A stretch of DNA of 64,000 nucleotides from Piedraia hortae CBS 480.64 (taxonomy: Eukaryota): contig MU005986.1 of NCBI GenBank assembly GCA_010093745.1, positions 1-64,000 of the forward strand. The letters are read 5' to 3'. Below the pieces are notes generated by a model that worked only from the letters and a program-made list of their open reading frames with translations, had not been told where the DNA came from and ran no database searches. Below are positions 23,923-36,500 of the stretch, piece by piece. Both the position numbers and the translations under genes were made by a program. Each line of letters opens with the position of its first letter. Position 1 is the stretch's first letter.

Positions 23923-24098
23923 CGTTGCGGTGGTCTTGGTGTATAGGTGAAGGTTTATGGCGCGTCGTGGACGCGTTGCGGTCTAAACCCGAAGAGGCAG
24001 TTTGCGCCCGCGGAGAATTGGTTGATAGAGTTTGCGGCTGTTAAAGACTTTTTGATCGACAGGGGCTACCAGGTTTGATTGACATTTGATTGACAGCT

Positions 24099-24876
24099 TC
24101 ATTTAGTCATCAACTGTGACACTGCCCTCGCCGCCATCTTCTTCCTCTCCGCCTCTGGAAGTCCTGCCGCCTGTTCCCTGACGGCCAGGAGACTGTCTCT
24201 CATGCGTTCGATGTCGTCCACCTGTGCAGACTGCTCATCCGGCGATTCTCCCTCTAGAAAGTCAAAGTCAAAATCTGGCTCATCCGCAGCTTCATCTGCC
24301 GTCCATTCGGTCGTTTCAAGAGCTTCTCTCAACCGCTCAGCGCCAATCTTTTCCCCAAACTCGTTCTTGCCCGTAGAATCATGTGCAATGTATTCGAACC
24401 CATGCTCTAGACAAATGTCCTCCCACTTCTCTGTATCCCCGTCCCCCGGCACTTGTACCGCCAGCAGGATCTGATCTGCAACAGAGTGATGCTTTACAAC
24501 CTCTGCTATAGCAGCCATGGTCCGCTCTGCCTCTTTATCCCTCTGGCCGAAGCAGTAGACCCATGCACTGAGAGCTTCCACGACTTCCTTTGCCTCTGAC
24601 TTCAGGAACTCAGCCTTCCACTCGTCTACATTGGCAATCTCGTCAACCCAGACCGGCACTGTAGCTTTGTAGTAAGCTGTCTCTACTCGCCATTCGTGCA
24701 AAAGACCAGCCGTTGTGCCCTCATCGTTCAAAGCCGGTCTCTTACCCGTCAGCCCTGTATATCCTCAATACACAATGCCCTAAAGCTGCTCGATAGAACA
24801 AACCTTGAATAACGTCAAGCACACGACTCCCCGGCGCAGCAACACACAGCAAACGGCGACAATTTTGTATATCCAT
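24099..24876 (-). CDS. IRC6: Alpha/gamma-adaptin-binding protein p34 (Irc6-like); intron 24803-24755
   Basis: Motifs WRVETAYYKATVPVWVDEI, WEDICLEHGFEYI, NEFGEKIGAERLREALET and LPEAERKKMAARAV. Confidence 0.8.
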
Positions 24877-24967
24877 GTTTACAAAGAAAAGAAGTCAAAA
24901 ACGTGACAGAAAAAAAAAGCTATCCGAACGCCGCGCTAATGGGGTGTGTTTCTGTCTCATGCGAACA

Positions 24968-25367
24968 TCAACGTGCACCGCGCCCGAGGCCTGAACCACG
25001 TGCGCGATTGACTGTGGCCCTTCCCCGTGCAAGACCGACACCGCGTCCGCGTCCGCTTCGGATGTTGAACATGGGCGCGTTGCGCAGCATATCTGGGACG
25101 ATGAAGAGCCGCACGTGGCTGCCGCGGATGTAGACGCGGTCGAGATGAGTAACACGTCCGTCGCGTTGGGTTACATTGATGTTTTCAAGCTGTACATTCA
25201 TGTTGTCCTCGGCCTCGATCAGCTTGCCGCGATATGTCTGACCCGAGTCGATCTCGACTGTAACCTGGTGTCCCTAGAGAAATCAGCATCCATACCGACC
25301 CTATCTATGTCTCTCCTACCAATGCCTCATTAAGCAGTTTGATCGGAATCCCAATCTGCGAAGTCAT
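24968..25367 (-). CDS. SMD3: Small nuclear ribonucleoprotein Sm D3; intron 25319-25274
   Basis: Spliced [23 protein letters not shown]...[16 protein letters not shown]...[17 protein letters not shown] with an RG-rich tail. Confidence 0.95.
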
Positions 25368-25483
25368 TTTGATGCGAAATCTGTGGATTTTGTTTGACGA
25401 TTCTGTGCGTTGGACAAGCGGAATAGTTTCAAATCACGTGACTACCATTCCACCTCAATACCGCAACCCAAAAAAGCACCCCA

Positions 25484-26145
25484 ATGAACCTCTCCGGATC
25501 CGCTCACTTCTTCCGCCTCTTCACCAACCCCTCCCTCTGTCTACCGCACTACACGATCCACACCTTTGACCAACTCCCCGTGCCCCTTTTTCCAGAGAAA
25601 GACATTCGCGCCATCATCCTCGACAAAGACAATTGCTTCGCCCAAAAGAAAACGAATACAATACACCCGCCCTACCGCCAAAAATTCGAACAACTCCGCG
25701 CCGCGTATCCAGGTAACAAACTCATCATCGTCTCAAACACAGCAGGAAGCGGTGATGACCCCTCCCTTACGGACGCTGCGAGGGTAGAGAAAGCCACGGG
25801 CGTGGCCGTCCTACCGCACTCTACGAAAAAACCCGGTTGTGGGGTGGAAGTGCTCAAGTTCCTCCGTGAAGCGGACGATGTGGGGATTACTTCCCCGAGT
25901 CAGGTCGCGGTTGTGGGGGATAGGTTGTTCACGGACGTCATGATGGCGAATACGATGGGGGCGCATGCGGTCTGGGTTAGGGATGGGGTCGTTGAAGATA
26001 GAGGACTGGTAGGTTTGGGGGTTATCATCTCCTGAGATTGGTTCACTGATGAGGGTTCTAGCTTACAAGGGTGGAGAAGGGTCTTGAGAGGTTCTTGACG
26101 CGAAGGGGGTACGTCCCTCCGGATCCGAGGAGTCAGTTTGAGTGA
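25484..26145 (+). CDS. GEP4: Mitochondrial phosphatidylglycerophosphatase (HAD subfamily IIIA); intron 26009-26061
   Basis: Motifs ILDKDNCFA, IIVSNTAGS, KKPGC and VVGDRLFTDVMMAN; exon 2 LTRVEKGLERFL...FE*. Confidence 0.87.
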
Positions 26146-26300
26146 GTGGTATAACGGAGAGGTTGTAATTTATCTCGGAGGCTGTATTTCTAGTTTTTGT
26201 TCCTTGAACGAACAGGATGAGGTGAAGTCACCGTGCACGGGCCCTCCGCCAACCTCTCCCACTCCTCCTCTTTCAGGCCTCTTCATTCTCATTGCCGACC

Positions 26301-27121
26301 ATGTCCCTACGTGTGCGCATCCTACAGAGTATCCCCTCCGGTCCCTCGCTGCGGCCGCGCATCGCCTTCCCCGCGCGCCGCGGCCCCACTTCGCTCGTCA
26401 GGCGGAGATTTGCCAGTAGTGGAGGCGGTCATGGCCATGACTCGGGCCCGTCGAGTGATATGCCTTGGTATGCTGTATTGTGTCCTTGCGAGGGAAGTTG
26501 AGTTGCTGATTGTCCCGTTGTAGGGCTGTGGGCGCCGTGGTAGCTACGATCCCGGCGTGCTGGTATCTCTGGCCGAGTTCGGACTTGATCAATGGTACGG
26601 CGAGTCACCATGATGATGGGCATGCGGCTGCTTCTGCCAAGGATAAGGGCGGGGACAAGGAAGATGAGGGTGCGGAGGATGAAAAGGAGGAGGGCGGAGA
26701 TGATGATGAAAAGGAGGATGATCAGAAAGAGGACAAGGATGGCAAGTCTGAGAAGCAGGATGATAAGAAGGACGCCAAGGAGGGTGATAAGCAGGACAAG
26801 AAAGACGATAAGGATGAGAAGAAGGAGGAAAAGTCTGACAAGAAAGACGACAAGCCTGAGAAGAAGGATGACAAGTCCGAAAAGAAGGACGGCAAGCCTG
26901 AAAAGAAGGATGACAAGTCCGATGCAAAAGACGACAAGGACGATAAAGATGACGTAAACGACGCCGAGCAAGACGAAAAGGAGGGCAAAGACCCCAAAAA
27001 CACAAAAAAGAACAATCCCACCAGCGAGACAGCTCAGCAGGCCATTGACACATCCAAGCCCGACAGCAAGGCCAAGTCATCCGGCCAGAAAACCGGAGCG
27101 AACCCGCAAAAGAAAGACTAA
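26301..27121 (+). CDS. Putative mitochondrial single-pass membrane protein with a D/K/E low-complexity tail; intron 26468-26523
   Basis: Arg-rich presequence-like N-terminus ending RRRFAS, then GGGHGH..SDMPW|AVGAVVATIPACWYLWP (transmembrane), then about 150 aa of KKDDK-type repeats. Confidence 0.7.
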
Positions 27122-27210
27122 AAAAGGTAAACGTGTATTGTCCATAAATCCCTGTATTCTTTCCCCTTGACCTGCACCGCTCTAAACGCCTCTATGATAC
27201 AAGTACACAA

Positions 27211-28111
27211 TCAGCGCCGGAAGAATCTCCTGATTGTAAAAGTGGCTCCAAAGACAATGGCAGCAAAGCTGCCTCCAACGACGGTGGCACGGAACAGAAC
27301 GTTGAGCATCTGCATGCGATTTCGACGCCTGCAGCGCTCTACGAAGCCGTCGGTATCGTTCGTGCGCGGAAACTTCTTGCCTTCTGGGACCGGAACCTCC
27401 AAGAAATCACAGAGAGGCTTCCATCCCTCGCCCATCTTGTACTCGAGCAGCTTTTCAGCCGGCACCAGTGACCGTATCTCGTTGTAGTACTCCTCAAACC
27501 GCCGTTTCCCATTCTTCTCAAAGTCTCCTTCCCAAAACTCGGTCCAGAATTCTGCATCGTTAGCGGAAAACTCCTTGTTTAGAATGACACATACTGGAAA
27601 GCATGGGCTGATACATTCCGGCGGCCCAGTCGAACTTCGAAACAAGTTTCAGTTCCGGCTCCGTAGCCCTCCAATGTACCGTCTTCATCGTGCTGGCATG
27701 CCAAGAGTTGACGTCGCGCGTCGTGAGGATGACCTTGGCCTCTGGGTACGCTTCAATAAGCTCTTTGGCAAAGGCCACGCAGGGCCAGTCGCAGATTGCC
27801 TGGCAATGACCGAACAGCTGGTCCCATTGCTCGCGGCCAAAGGTGCCCTGTTTGTCATACTTTGCCGCCAAGGCATCTGACCACATGAGGCAGTCGGGAG
27901 GGTTCTCGACCGACGCAGACATCATGTGGTAGCAGTCGTCAAATCCAAGCTCCTTGAGAGCTGTACGGAGCGACGCAGTTCCAGTGCGACCCAGACCAAG
28001 GGCCAGCACGCGCATTGGAACGATGCGGCGACATTCGCGCCGGTTGATGTCGGTGTCATCGGGCGTGAAGATGTCAGTGACAGGCTTTGGAGTGTACTGC
28101 TGGAACGCCAT
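27211..28111 (-). CDS. P-loop Sulfotransfer_4-family protein with C-terminal transmembrane helix; intron 27594-27552
   Basis: Motifs MRVLALGLGRTGTASL, CYHM, DWPC, YPEAKVILTTRD, GEGWKPLCDFLEVPVP and FPRTND. Confidence 0.85.
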
Positions 28112-28310
28112 GATGTGGAGACTTTTGCCAGTGACGGCGACGTTTTATAAAAGTCTGGAAGGGTTGGGAATGAAACTCAGGGGTCATGACACCTCTGATT
28201 CGTCAGCTGGTACAGGGGGGGTTTCGTCACATCATTGCTTTGTCCTCACTGCCACACATGAATATGTAGAGCATACGTGTACCTGACTACGCACGCCAAG
28301 TCGTGGGCGG

Positions 28311-28972
28311 TTACGTAGACTTCTTGGCAGCAGCCTGCTCTCCCTCCTGGCGTCTCAGTGCTGCTATCTCATCGTCCACTAGGGATATCTCGGCGTCGAG
28401 CTTGACTATCTTCTCTCGAAGCACGTCAGCGTATTCCTTGTCGCTCATCACCCGCACCGGGCTCCATTTGCTCTGAGCCACCCGCTTCCAAAAGCTCTCT
28501 TTGGCTTGTGGCTCCTCTACTGAATTGAAAAGTGCATCGTGTGTTATCTGACCAAGCCCCCCAATCAGCGACCACATAAAGGTTGCCGGCAGTACATTGC
28601 GTCTGCCTCGGGTGATTGAAGCCACCAAAGCTCCCGAAATCCCCCCTGCTAAGATGCTCGACGCAGTGTAGTCCCCGTGCTGCAAGTTCCCCCCATCTCG
28701 CATACGCAGGATGGTGCTACGGCATAACCAAAAGGTAGATCCCAGTGCAAATGTCTGTATGCCAGCAGCCGTGGCGAACAGTGCCGGTGTTGTTTCTTTC
28801 AAAATACCTGCTGTGCCCCCGAATAGAAAGCCCGCCGTTCCTGCCCTTGTTAGTGGGAGTCGAAATTTTTGCGAATGATAGACCCACCGCATGCAGCTCC
28901 TACCTTGGCTGCAGGCCCAATTAGAGCTGCAATCGAGTCATCTGTGCCCGGTACGGTCATGGGCAATGTCAT
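28311..28972 (-). CDS. Conserved fungal Gly-rich membrane protein (Tim17/22/23-like fold suspected); intron 28887-28841
   Basis: GxxxG-rich hydrophobic helices; motifs RGRRNVLPATFMWSLIG and SKWSPVRVMSDKEYADVLREK with a coiled-coil end. Start may be 28972 or 28960. Confidence 0.65.
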
Positions 28973-29223
28973 GAATCGAATCACAAAAATCACAAGGCCA
29001 CCCGGGCCAACCTCGGGCAAACGGGGCCGCACCAAACTTCCGCGCATTCAGCGACGCACCACGCTTGCGATCCCACAACATCACCTTTTGTCTAACGCAC
29101 TTCCCTACCCAGCGAATCGCTACAAGACAGACAACTTTTGCCATCATGCGTACGCCCATCGCTTTGTGCCCGACATGGAGCACTCGCTAACGCCTCGCAG
29201 CTCCGAAAAAGAAGGCAGAGAAG

Positions 29224-30751
29224 ATGGCGTTGGGCGCGTTCATGTCCAACCAGGCACTCGGCTCTTGGGCCGATGAGATGGAGAGCATGCCGATCCCTGC
29301 ACCGTCCACCCGAGAGCGAGAGGCGCCCGCAAACCGCTCTTTTACACAGCCGGCCTGGGGTCAGGCACGCAACGGTACCGCAGACTTGGGTACGGGCGGA
29401 CGAGATGCTAGCTATGGTAGGAGGCAATCTAACAACGTAGACAGCAGCTAACAATCTCTCAGATCGCCCGCAATTTTCTGACCGTGAGCAGCTGCCGATG
29501 CCCACTCGTCCTCCCTTTACCGCACATCTAGGCAACCTGACTTACGACGTCACATCAGTCGATATCGAGGAGTTCTTCCAGGGGTGCCATGTCACCAGCG
29601 TTCGCATCGTCGAGGATAAGATTGACCGCAAGCCCAAGGGCTTTGGCTACGTCGAATTTGCCACATTGGACGACCTCAAGTCCGCACTAGACCGCTCCGA
29701 GTCCAATTTCATGGGCCGTAACATCAAAATCTCGGTTGCCGAGCCTCGTAAGTGCTTTTCCCAACCCAATAGCTACATGCTGACAGTTGCAGCTCGCGAC
29801 CGCGCCGAAGGAACTCGCGATATCTCGGACTGGACACGCAAGGGCCCTCTCCCTGCGCTCCCGATGAGCTCTCGTCAGTCATCTCACCGGGGATTTAGCA
29901 GAAACCTGGACAACACGTCTGATGCTGGAAGCGATCGGGGTGGACGCAAGGGATTCTTTGACGACGGCAAAGTCCGCGACCTCCAAAATTGGGAACGCAA
30001 AGGCCCTTTGTCACCTGTGCCTGGCACGGGGCCGCCGGTGCGGGATGGCGGCAGACTGCGTGAGGGAGAGCGCAAGGAAGGAGCATCTTGGGGCGAGGGC
30101 AGATCTGAGAGTTCACGACCGAGGCCGGCGGCGGAACGAGTTCCCACGGCAGCCGAATTGGACAATCAATGGCGCAGCAAGATGCGTCCTGATCCATCTC
30201 CAGTAGCCACTCCCGATGCTTCAGCACCCGCTTCTCCCGCTTCCCGCGAGGCTCCCAAGGAGCGTCCTCGACTGAAGCTTGCCAAGCGTACGATCTCTAC
30301 CACAAACGGCGCCAGCCCTGCCGCCTCTCCTGCCGAATCCAAGGCATCACCCTTTGGCGCCGCTCGTCCTATAGACACGGCCGCCCGCGAACGCGAGATT
30401 GAGGAGAAGCGACTGCAGGCTCTGAAACAAAAGCAGGAGGCCGATCAAAAAGTCAAGGAGCAGAAGAGCGAGAGCAAACCGACCACGGCAAGCTGGGGAC
30501 CCAGCAGCCGTTCACGTAACCAGCACCAAAACCAGAACGGACTGAAACCACAGACGCCAAAGGAAAACGACGAGAAGCAACCCGTTGCAACTGCCAACAG
30601 AGAGGAAGTGGCGACCACTACTGAAGGCACCAAGAATGAGACTAGTGAAGCATCCAACGAGCAGAGCGTTTCGGGCGCCAACTCGCCGCAGACGGAAGAA
30701 GGTTGGTCGACGGTAGCAAGCAAAGGCAAAGGGAACCGTCGTGGACATTGA
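29224..30751 (+). CDS. TIF3: Translation initiation factor eIF4B; introns 29417-29462 and 29748-29792
   Basis: GSWADEM N-terminus, RRM PPFTAHLGNL..KPKGFGYVEF, repeated W(T/E)RKGPL, ERPRLKLAKRT and PFGAARPIDT. Confidence 0.88.
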
Positions 30752-30853
30752 GACCGCTCTCATAAACCATGTACTTCACTGCAGGGGAACAATGCAAAAT
30801 AAAAACCGTTCACCCCATGTCATTCTCACCGTAAGGTGTGGAAGTTTTTACTG

Positions 30854-32161
30854 TCAATCATCAACAGAAACCCCCCTCCATCTATCCGGAACGTAACCCC
30901 TCCCCCTGCCCACTGTCATCTTCTCCCTTGTAGACTCCATCCTAGGCGGCAGCCAAAGAACCGCATGTCCCTGTTCCAATTTCCCCGCCCTCCTCATATT
31001 CATCTCCAACACAACTACCCTTAAAAAGTCCCCATTCTCCCTAACCTCCCTCTGCCGCGAAGCGGACCTTTCCCCGCCCGGCTTCCGCCGCGAAACGTTG
31101 TACGTCTGCATCTGCACGGGCGGCAGGACGGGTGTCGTGGAGGGCTGTTCATGGAGATAGGGTGCATGAAGGGCACGTTGGAATGGGATTTCCTGTTCCT
31201 CAAAAGTAAGCTGACGAGGGGGTGGGAGGGTTGGTGGAGTTTTCGGACGGACTTCAGACGGGCTTCGTGGGAATAACCATGGGTGAGACCAGAGCATTTC
31301 GTCCGAGAAGTTTGAGCCTAGAGTTGACTGTTGCGCGGGGGTTGTTGCGTTGCGGAGGGTGAAGGATGAGGTGAGGGATGTGAGCGTTGCTTTCTTCAAG
31401 GCGCGGAGCGAGAATGTGAGGTTGGATTTGAGGGATTTGTTTGTTACCTGCTTGTGGACGGATTTAGGTTCGTATTGGATTAAAGTGGTGTTGGGGGTGT
31501 CGTCGAAGGGATCTGCTTTGTCCGCCAGCGGATGGTCGTGGGTTGAGTCTTCGCGTAGCGCTTGAGCGATCTCGCGCATGTAGTTGGTTGATTTGTGGCT
31601 ACGAGGGGACTCCGGGGAGCGAATGTTGTCGAGAGAGAACACCGACGCGTCATCGGGGTCCAACGATGGGACGCTTTCGTTGGACGGTGACGGCGACGCG
31701 GTACACGAAGCGTCAGTGTCATCGTCCAGCAAGACACTGAATCCCGGACTACCACTGTAGTTGGATCGCAATGTCGTGTCATTCTTCCAGCTCGTGAGGA
31801 GCTCGTCGACTGACATTCCCCGCGACTCGCGCTTCTTCGGCCGCAACTGGTGCGGCTTTGGTGGCGGAATCGCCGTCATGGCAAGCAAGACTGCGACCGA
31901 CGGCGGCACCGCACGCGGTGAAAGTGATCGCGGACATGACGGGGCCGAGAGAGACTGTGGTTCAGGAGAGCGACGGCGTCGATAGGTCGTTGGCACAGCT
32001 ACAGGTCGACTGCTCGCCGTTCGATGCTGCTGCGGCCCAGCCGCGCCGTTGCCATCTTCACTCATACCTGCGCCGTGTTTGTCGCTGACGAGACGTGTCA
32101 AATTTCCAGAAGGCTTGGGCCCGTCTCGCACCGGGCGCTGCTCAGATGTTGCTCGGACCAT
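30854..32161 (-). CDS. Conserved fungal hypothetical protein (Ser/Pro-rich)
   Basis: Long ORF with ascomycete-like blocks AVLLAMTAIPPP, DHPL, KSNLTFSLRALK and RQREVRENGDFLRVVVLEMNMRRAGKL. The start at MVRATSEQ is a guess. Confidence 0.65.
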   Translation of the reverse strand: MVRATSEQRPVRDGPKPSGNLTRLVSDKHGAGMSEDGNGAAGPQQHRTASSRPVAVPTTYRRRRSPEPQSLSAPSCPRSLSPRAVPPSVAVLLAMTAIPPPKPHQLRPKKRESRGMSVDELLTSWKNDTTLRSNYSGSPGFSVLLDDDTDASCTASPSPSNESVPSLDPDDASVFSLDNIRSPESPRSHKSTNYMREIAQALREDSTHDHPLADKADPFDDTPNTTLIQYEPKSVHKQVTNKSLKSNLTFSLRALKKATLTSLTSSFTLRNATTPAQQSTLGSNFSDEMLWSHPWLFPRSPSEVRPKTPPTLPPPRQLTFEEQEIPFQRALHAPYLHEQPSTTPVLPPVQMQTYNVSRRKPGGERSASRQREVRENGDFLRVVVLEMNMRRAGKLEQGHAVLWLPPRMESTREKMTVGRGRGYVPDRWRGVSVDD

Positions 32162-32368
32162 TGTTGGGCGCGGTGACGTGGTTGGGCAGGGAGATAACGC
32201 CGGGAGTTTGGGTGACGGAACGTGCCGCCCCCACATTGCCGAACATTGCCTGCACATGACGTATAGTCCCTGATCAGGTACGTCATATGCATACGTCAGA
32301 TGCAATGAAGCTGCACAAATCGTGGTTTAGTTGCATGTAGACCGCTTCATTACGTACATAGACCGAAT

Positions 32369-33548
32369 TCAGTTGCTAAGGTAGATCTGCACCATGCTGT
32401 TCTTGGTAGACAACTTGGCATTGCATCCCTCGACAACACAGCTCTTCAGCGCCGACGGCTGATCGTTCATTGGCGCCTTGCCTTTGCCTTTGCCCTTCTT
32501 CGCCGATTGGCTACGGCTTTGGGCGCACTCACCGCAATATGCCTGCCAAACCGCGTTAGCTCATCCGTCATTTGTACCTATCAATACTCACATGTCCACA
32601 CTGTTTTGCCACCCACAACTGTTGCTTCACGTCTCCGCTGCTCACAAGTAGTTCGTCTCCGCAGTTTGGACACACCACTTCTTCGTCCTCTTCGGGGTTG
32701 CGGGTAAAGCCCTCGCCGGGTGACGGGGGTGGAACATACGCCGGACTGGGATGACGCTGCCTGCTTAAAAAGCCAGAGCTTCCTATCTCGAATGCAGGCA
32801 ACGCGTAGTCCATCAGCCCGGGGAGATCGGTCAACGTCAGTGTCTGCGCAGGAAATGTACTGCTTACAGGGTACCTCCTGATTGAATGGTCCACCCTCGT
32901 CGTCAGGTGCGTGTGCGCCTCACCGATACCACGAATTCGGTTTGTTTGGCGGACGATGACGCTCCTGAAGTCCGGGTCGGAATATGTAGGGAGGTTTGAT
33001 GTGTTGCTCTCTCTAGGCCTTCGTCTTCTTTCGTCGACGATGATCACGTCGTCGTCCGTAAGGTCTATTGGTTGGTCTGCTACGTTTACCGGCCGCAGCT
33101 CGCCATGTGTTCGTCGAGGCATCGACTGGTACCGTGTGCTTGGCTCTTCGGAAAAAGACGTCCTCGTTTGCTGAGCGGACCTCCGTCTTTCTGACCCTTG
33201 TGGTATCCATCCCGATAGGCTCTCATCATCATCTGACATTACTTCAATCACATTATTTCCGACCCGGGATAGCTCCTGCGTTGCTGAGACCGGGCGAGCC
33301 GGCGGGGCTACATCGTCATCTTCCCCTGTCAGGTCCACGATGTTGTTAGTCATGCTTATCACTGGCCGCCTTAAGTCTATGCCATCGCCGAAGTATCTCT
33401 GAGCCGAGTTGGCATCGGCCGAATGGTTGGACATGCTGCTGAGTGGGATTGCGGCCTCTTCAGTGCCTGGGCGGAAGCGGTGCTGTGGGCTATAAGTCGT
33501 GCCGATGGCTGCTTCCGACGAGTCGCTATCGCTGTCGCTATCTGCCAT
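32369..33548 (-). CDS. SIM-containing RING protein, putative SUMO-targeted ubiquitin ligase subunit (Slx8/Rfp-like); intron 32591-32543
   Basis: SIM-like motifs IVDLT, VIEV, PIDLT and VIIVDE. Spliced C-terminal RING: CPNC...CGH|AYCGEC...CVVEGC, ending MVQIYLSN*. Confidence 0.72.
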
Positions 33549-36500
33549 TTGACTGAACAGCCGCTGTCATTTGGTCAGTCGCAGTTCAAATTTAGCCTAG
33601 CTTCACCCACTTTGGTGTTAATTCGGGCTGTCAGCGATCTGGCTGCACCGGGCATTTTACCGGCACCGCATAGACCGATTGCAAGTGGATAAGGAATGAC
33701 ACAACGAAGGTGCGGGCAAAGAGATTGAAACTCGTGGCGCGTGCGGCGGTGAGGAACCGATGTTCTTGCTTACGTAATATCGTTTTTGGCACCGCCGCTC
33801 CAACTATGATACCACACCCGTTTCTTGGTCTTGCAGCACTATAAAGACATTTATACTGTAGCTGCTACAATGCCGGTTCTCTTGGCAGACCACTTCATGA
33901 ATCGTTCAATTATGAGCCACTTCTGGCTTCCGGGTTGCTTGTGAACCTTTGGTGGCCCACAGCTGGTGTCAAATAGAGTTTGGCGTCGGTCCACTGAGTC
34001 TTCCCAATCAGTCAATCAGTCTGGCTTTAAACTTGTGGTAAGATAAGGCAACCCCATCTGTGTGCCATGTTGTCTACATGGTCTCAGACTTGGGGGCGCG
34101 ATATGTCTGGATCTCTACCTAATTCTACAACAGCAACATTCAATTGATCGTAATAGGCGAGTTAAACGAAACTTTAGCTGAGAGCATTCCCCTGGGCAGA
34201 AACCAGTGCACTTTGTCAAAGCCAAAGAATAAGAGCGAGAATCACATTTCAATTTAACATGTCCCCGATATCAATTAGACCTGAGAGGCGATATTGGAGG
34301 ACTCGCAGACGGTGCTGAATTGAGAAGCTACATGCAAACCTTTCAGGGAACTATCTGCCACACTTGATCCTGTGTAACTACAGGGATATTTATGGGTATT
34401 CCTGGGGCTGAACTCCAGGGACAGTACAAGCTGGATGCAAAGATGATTCGAGGTCCTGCTATCAGTCACATCGAAAAACTGTGTAGTGTCCTGGCGGTAG
34501 TTTCGGCAATGGGCAACAGACGCTGGAGATTAATCCCAACGGCGAGTGAACTCTTGTGTTGGTTACTGAGCCCGTAACGCTTAGTTCCTTGTATTTTGGG
34601 CAGACGGTGGTGATAGGGCATGTAGACAAGTCAACGGACACGAAAAATGTATACCAGAATTCCCGACACTATACTTTGAGCGACGACTTGTGGGCGGTGT
34701 TTGTGAAGCTCCTAACAATTCTCAAGACATTCTGGACCGCAATCGCACCATGGCTGTTTCGCGTGGGCAGCAACTTCATCTGCAGTATCTTTCGGCTTCT
34801 GTCATGAAGGAGCGCTTCCTCGAGGGCCAGGAGAACCTCCTCCGGCTTGGAAAAGATGTGAACATTCTTATAAAAGAAAACTGGAAAGCGCAAGCAAGAG
34901 CTGAGATTTCATCTCGCTCCAATCCTCGTCATCGGGGAGCGCAAAATAAGACGCGAGTGAATCCGGAAGATGCAGAGACACTTCGAGTTATGGAAGGGAT
35001 CATGCCGGCTACCCCTCCCTATGAACAGTTTTGTAATCGTGGCTTTGAATTCAATTGCATAAAATTGATTTGAAAATTGGACCAATCTCGGAATATTTGC
35101 CTCTGAGAGATTAACAGGCAATCGAACCTTCTCACATGATGGCTATACTTCCAGCGGTTCAGATAATTTAGAAAAGACCCCTCACTACCTAAGGATCTTC
35201 ATCACAACAAGTATGGATTTGAATCGCATCAGTCCCACTCTCCTGGGCTTGATGTACGGATCAGCAATGGACAGTCATGCTTTTGCAAGGGTGAGACAAC
35301 GGAGCTCAATTCTCATCATGGCACCAATCTTGCAATTGACCTGATACATATGTGCTCATCTGTACGCATGGGTTCAGAGAATGGAAGCATGAACAATGAA
35401 ACACAGTGTCAAGAACTACGAACTTAAAGTGTACTCATTGCAAACGGATGCCCACTGAGGGGGTCTGCCTTCGCTTGGAGCTTAATCCAGTCGCCCATTT
35501 GTGCGAGGACTGTGACTGTACCCGATTTATGCTGGCAATGTTATTTCACATCGCCTGCGCCATTCCAGGCCTTGGGCCACGGCTGTACCTACTGCGTGGT
35601 TGGATGTAGGCGTGTCAAAACGTTAACGTCCGGGTTGTACTGGACTCAACCCAAATCATGTGGATCGTCACTCGACCCTATTCAAAAGATAGGCCGAACA
35701 GTAAATTTTCCCCATCCACCTCTCGCTCAGTTATGAAACCGATGAAAACGACAAAGACTGGTTTTTGATTTATCTGCAGTTGAAGGATGTGTCACGTGAC
35801 GACTATGAACAACGTCCCCTCATTTCGACCCTGTTCAACCATACATACGTCTACGTCTTAGTGTACTCACACTATCAGTTCGTCCCCTTTAACTTCTGCT
35901 CACAGTATTAAATTATCCTCAATCGATTCCGTCAGAATCTTTCTTCCACCATTGCCAGGCCCCACGAAGAAAATTTGAGATCTCTGAAGTGCCAAGCCCC
36001 CGCGGACTGGACCGGGCCGTGCCAAGCCAAGTCCCACTTTGACTTCTTGCGCTGTAAAGTGAACTCTCTTTCGTATATGTTTTGTAGTAGAGATCTCACC
36101 CTGATTGCCTATTGTTTTGGAGTCAATTCACGGTTCTCTGCATAAATTGACCCGTCCGAAGTGCCAGAGATATTACATCCTGAAAAGTGGCTCGTCTCGT
36201 GTCCACGAACGCGTTCGTTGAAGAAGATTCAGGGCAATGAATATTGCTGTGGTTGCATGCGGTATACGTTTACAAATTTTGGTTCCCCCATGGGTGTGGT
36301 TCGCCAGGATCTCAGGCACTGTGTTCTTGCGCTGTGCTCGCTTGAGGATGCTTTGGGAGGATAAAGTGAGAAGTGCCAATTTTATGGTGCACGGTAAATT
36401 TTACCGTTGCCTAAAACGCGCCTTGGTTCAGTTTGCGCAGGCATAAAACCTATTCGGGCAAGCAGAGTCAACCAAAAGTAGCCCAGTGGGCCCTCTCCCG

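Noticed and set aside
26700..26960. Periodic repeats that might be a CRISPR-like array
   Set aside because: They are coding 21-nt K/D repeats without unique spacers, in a eukaryotic context.
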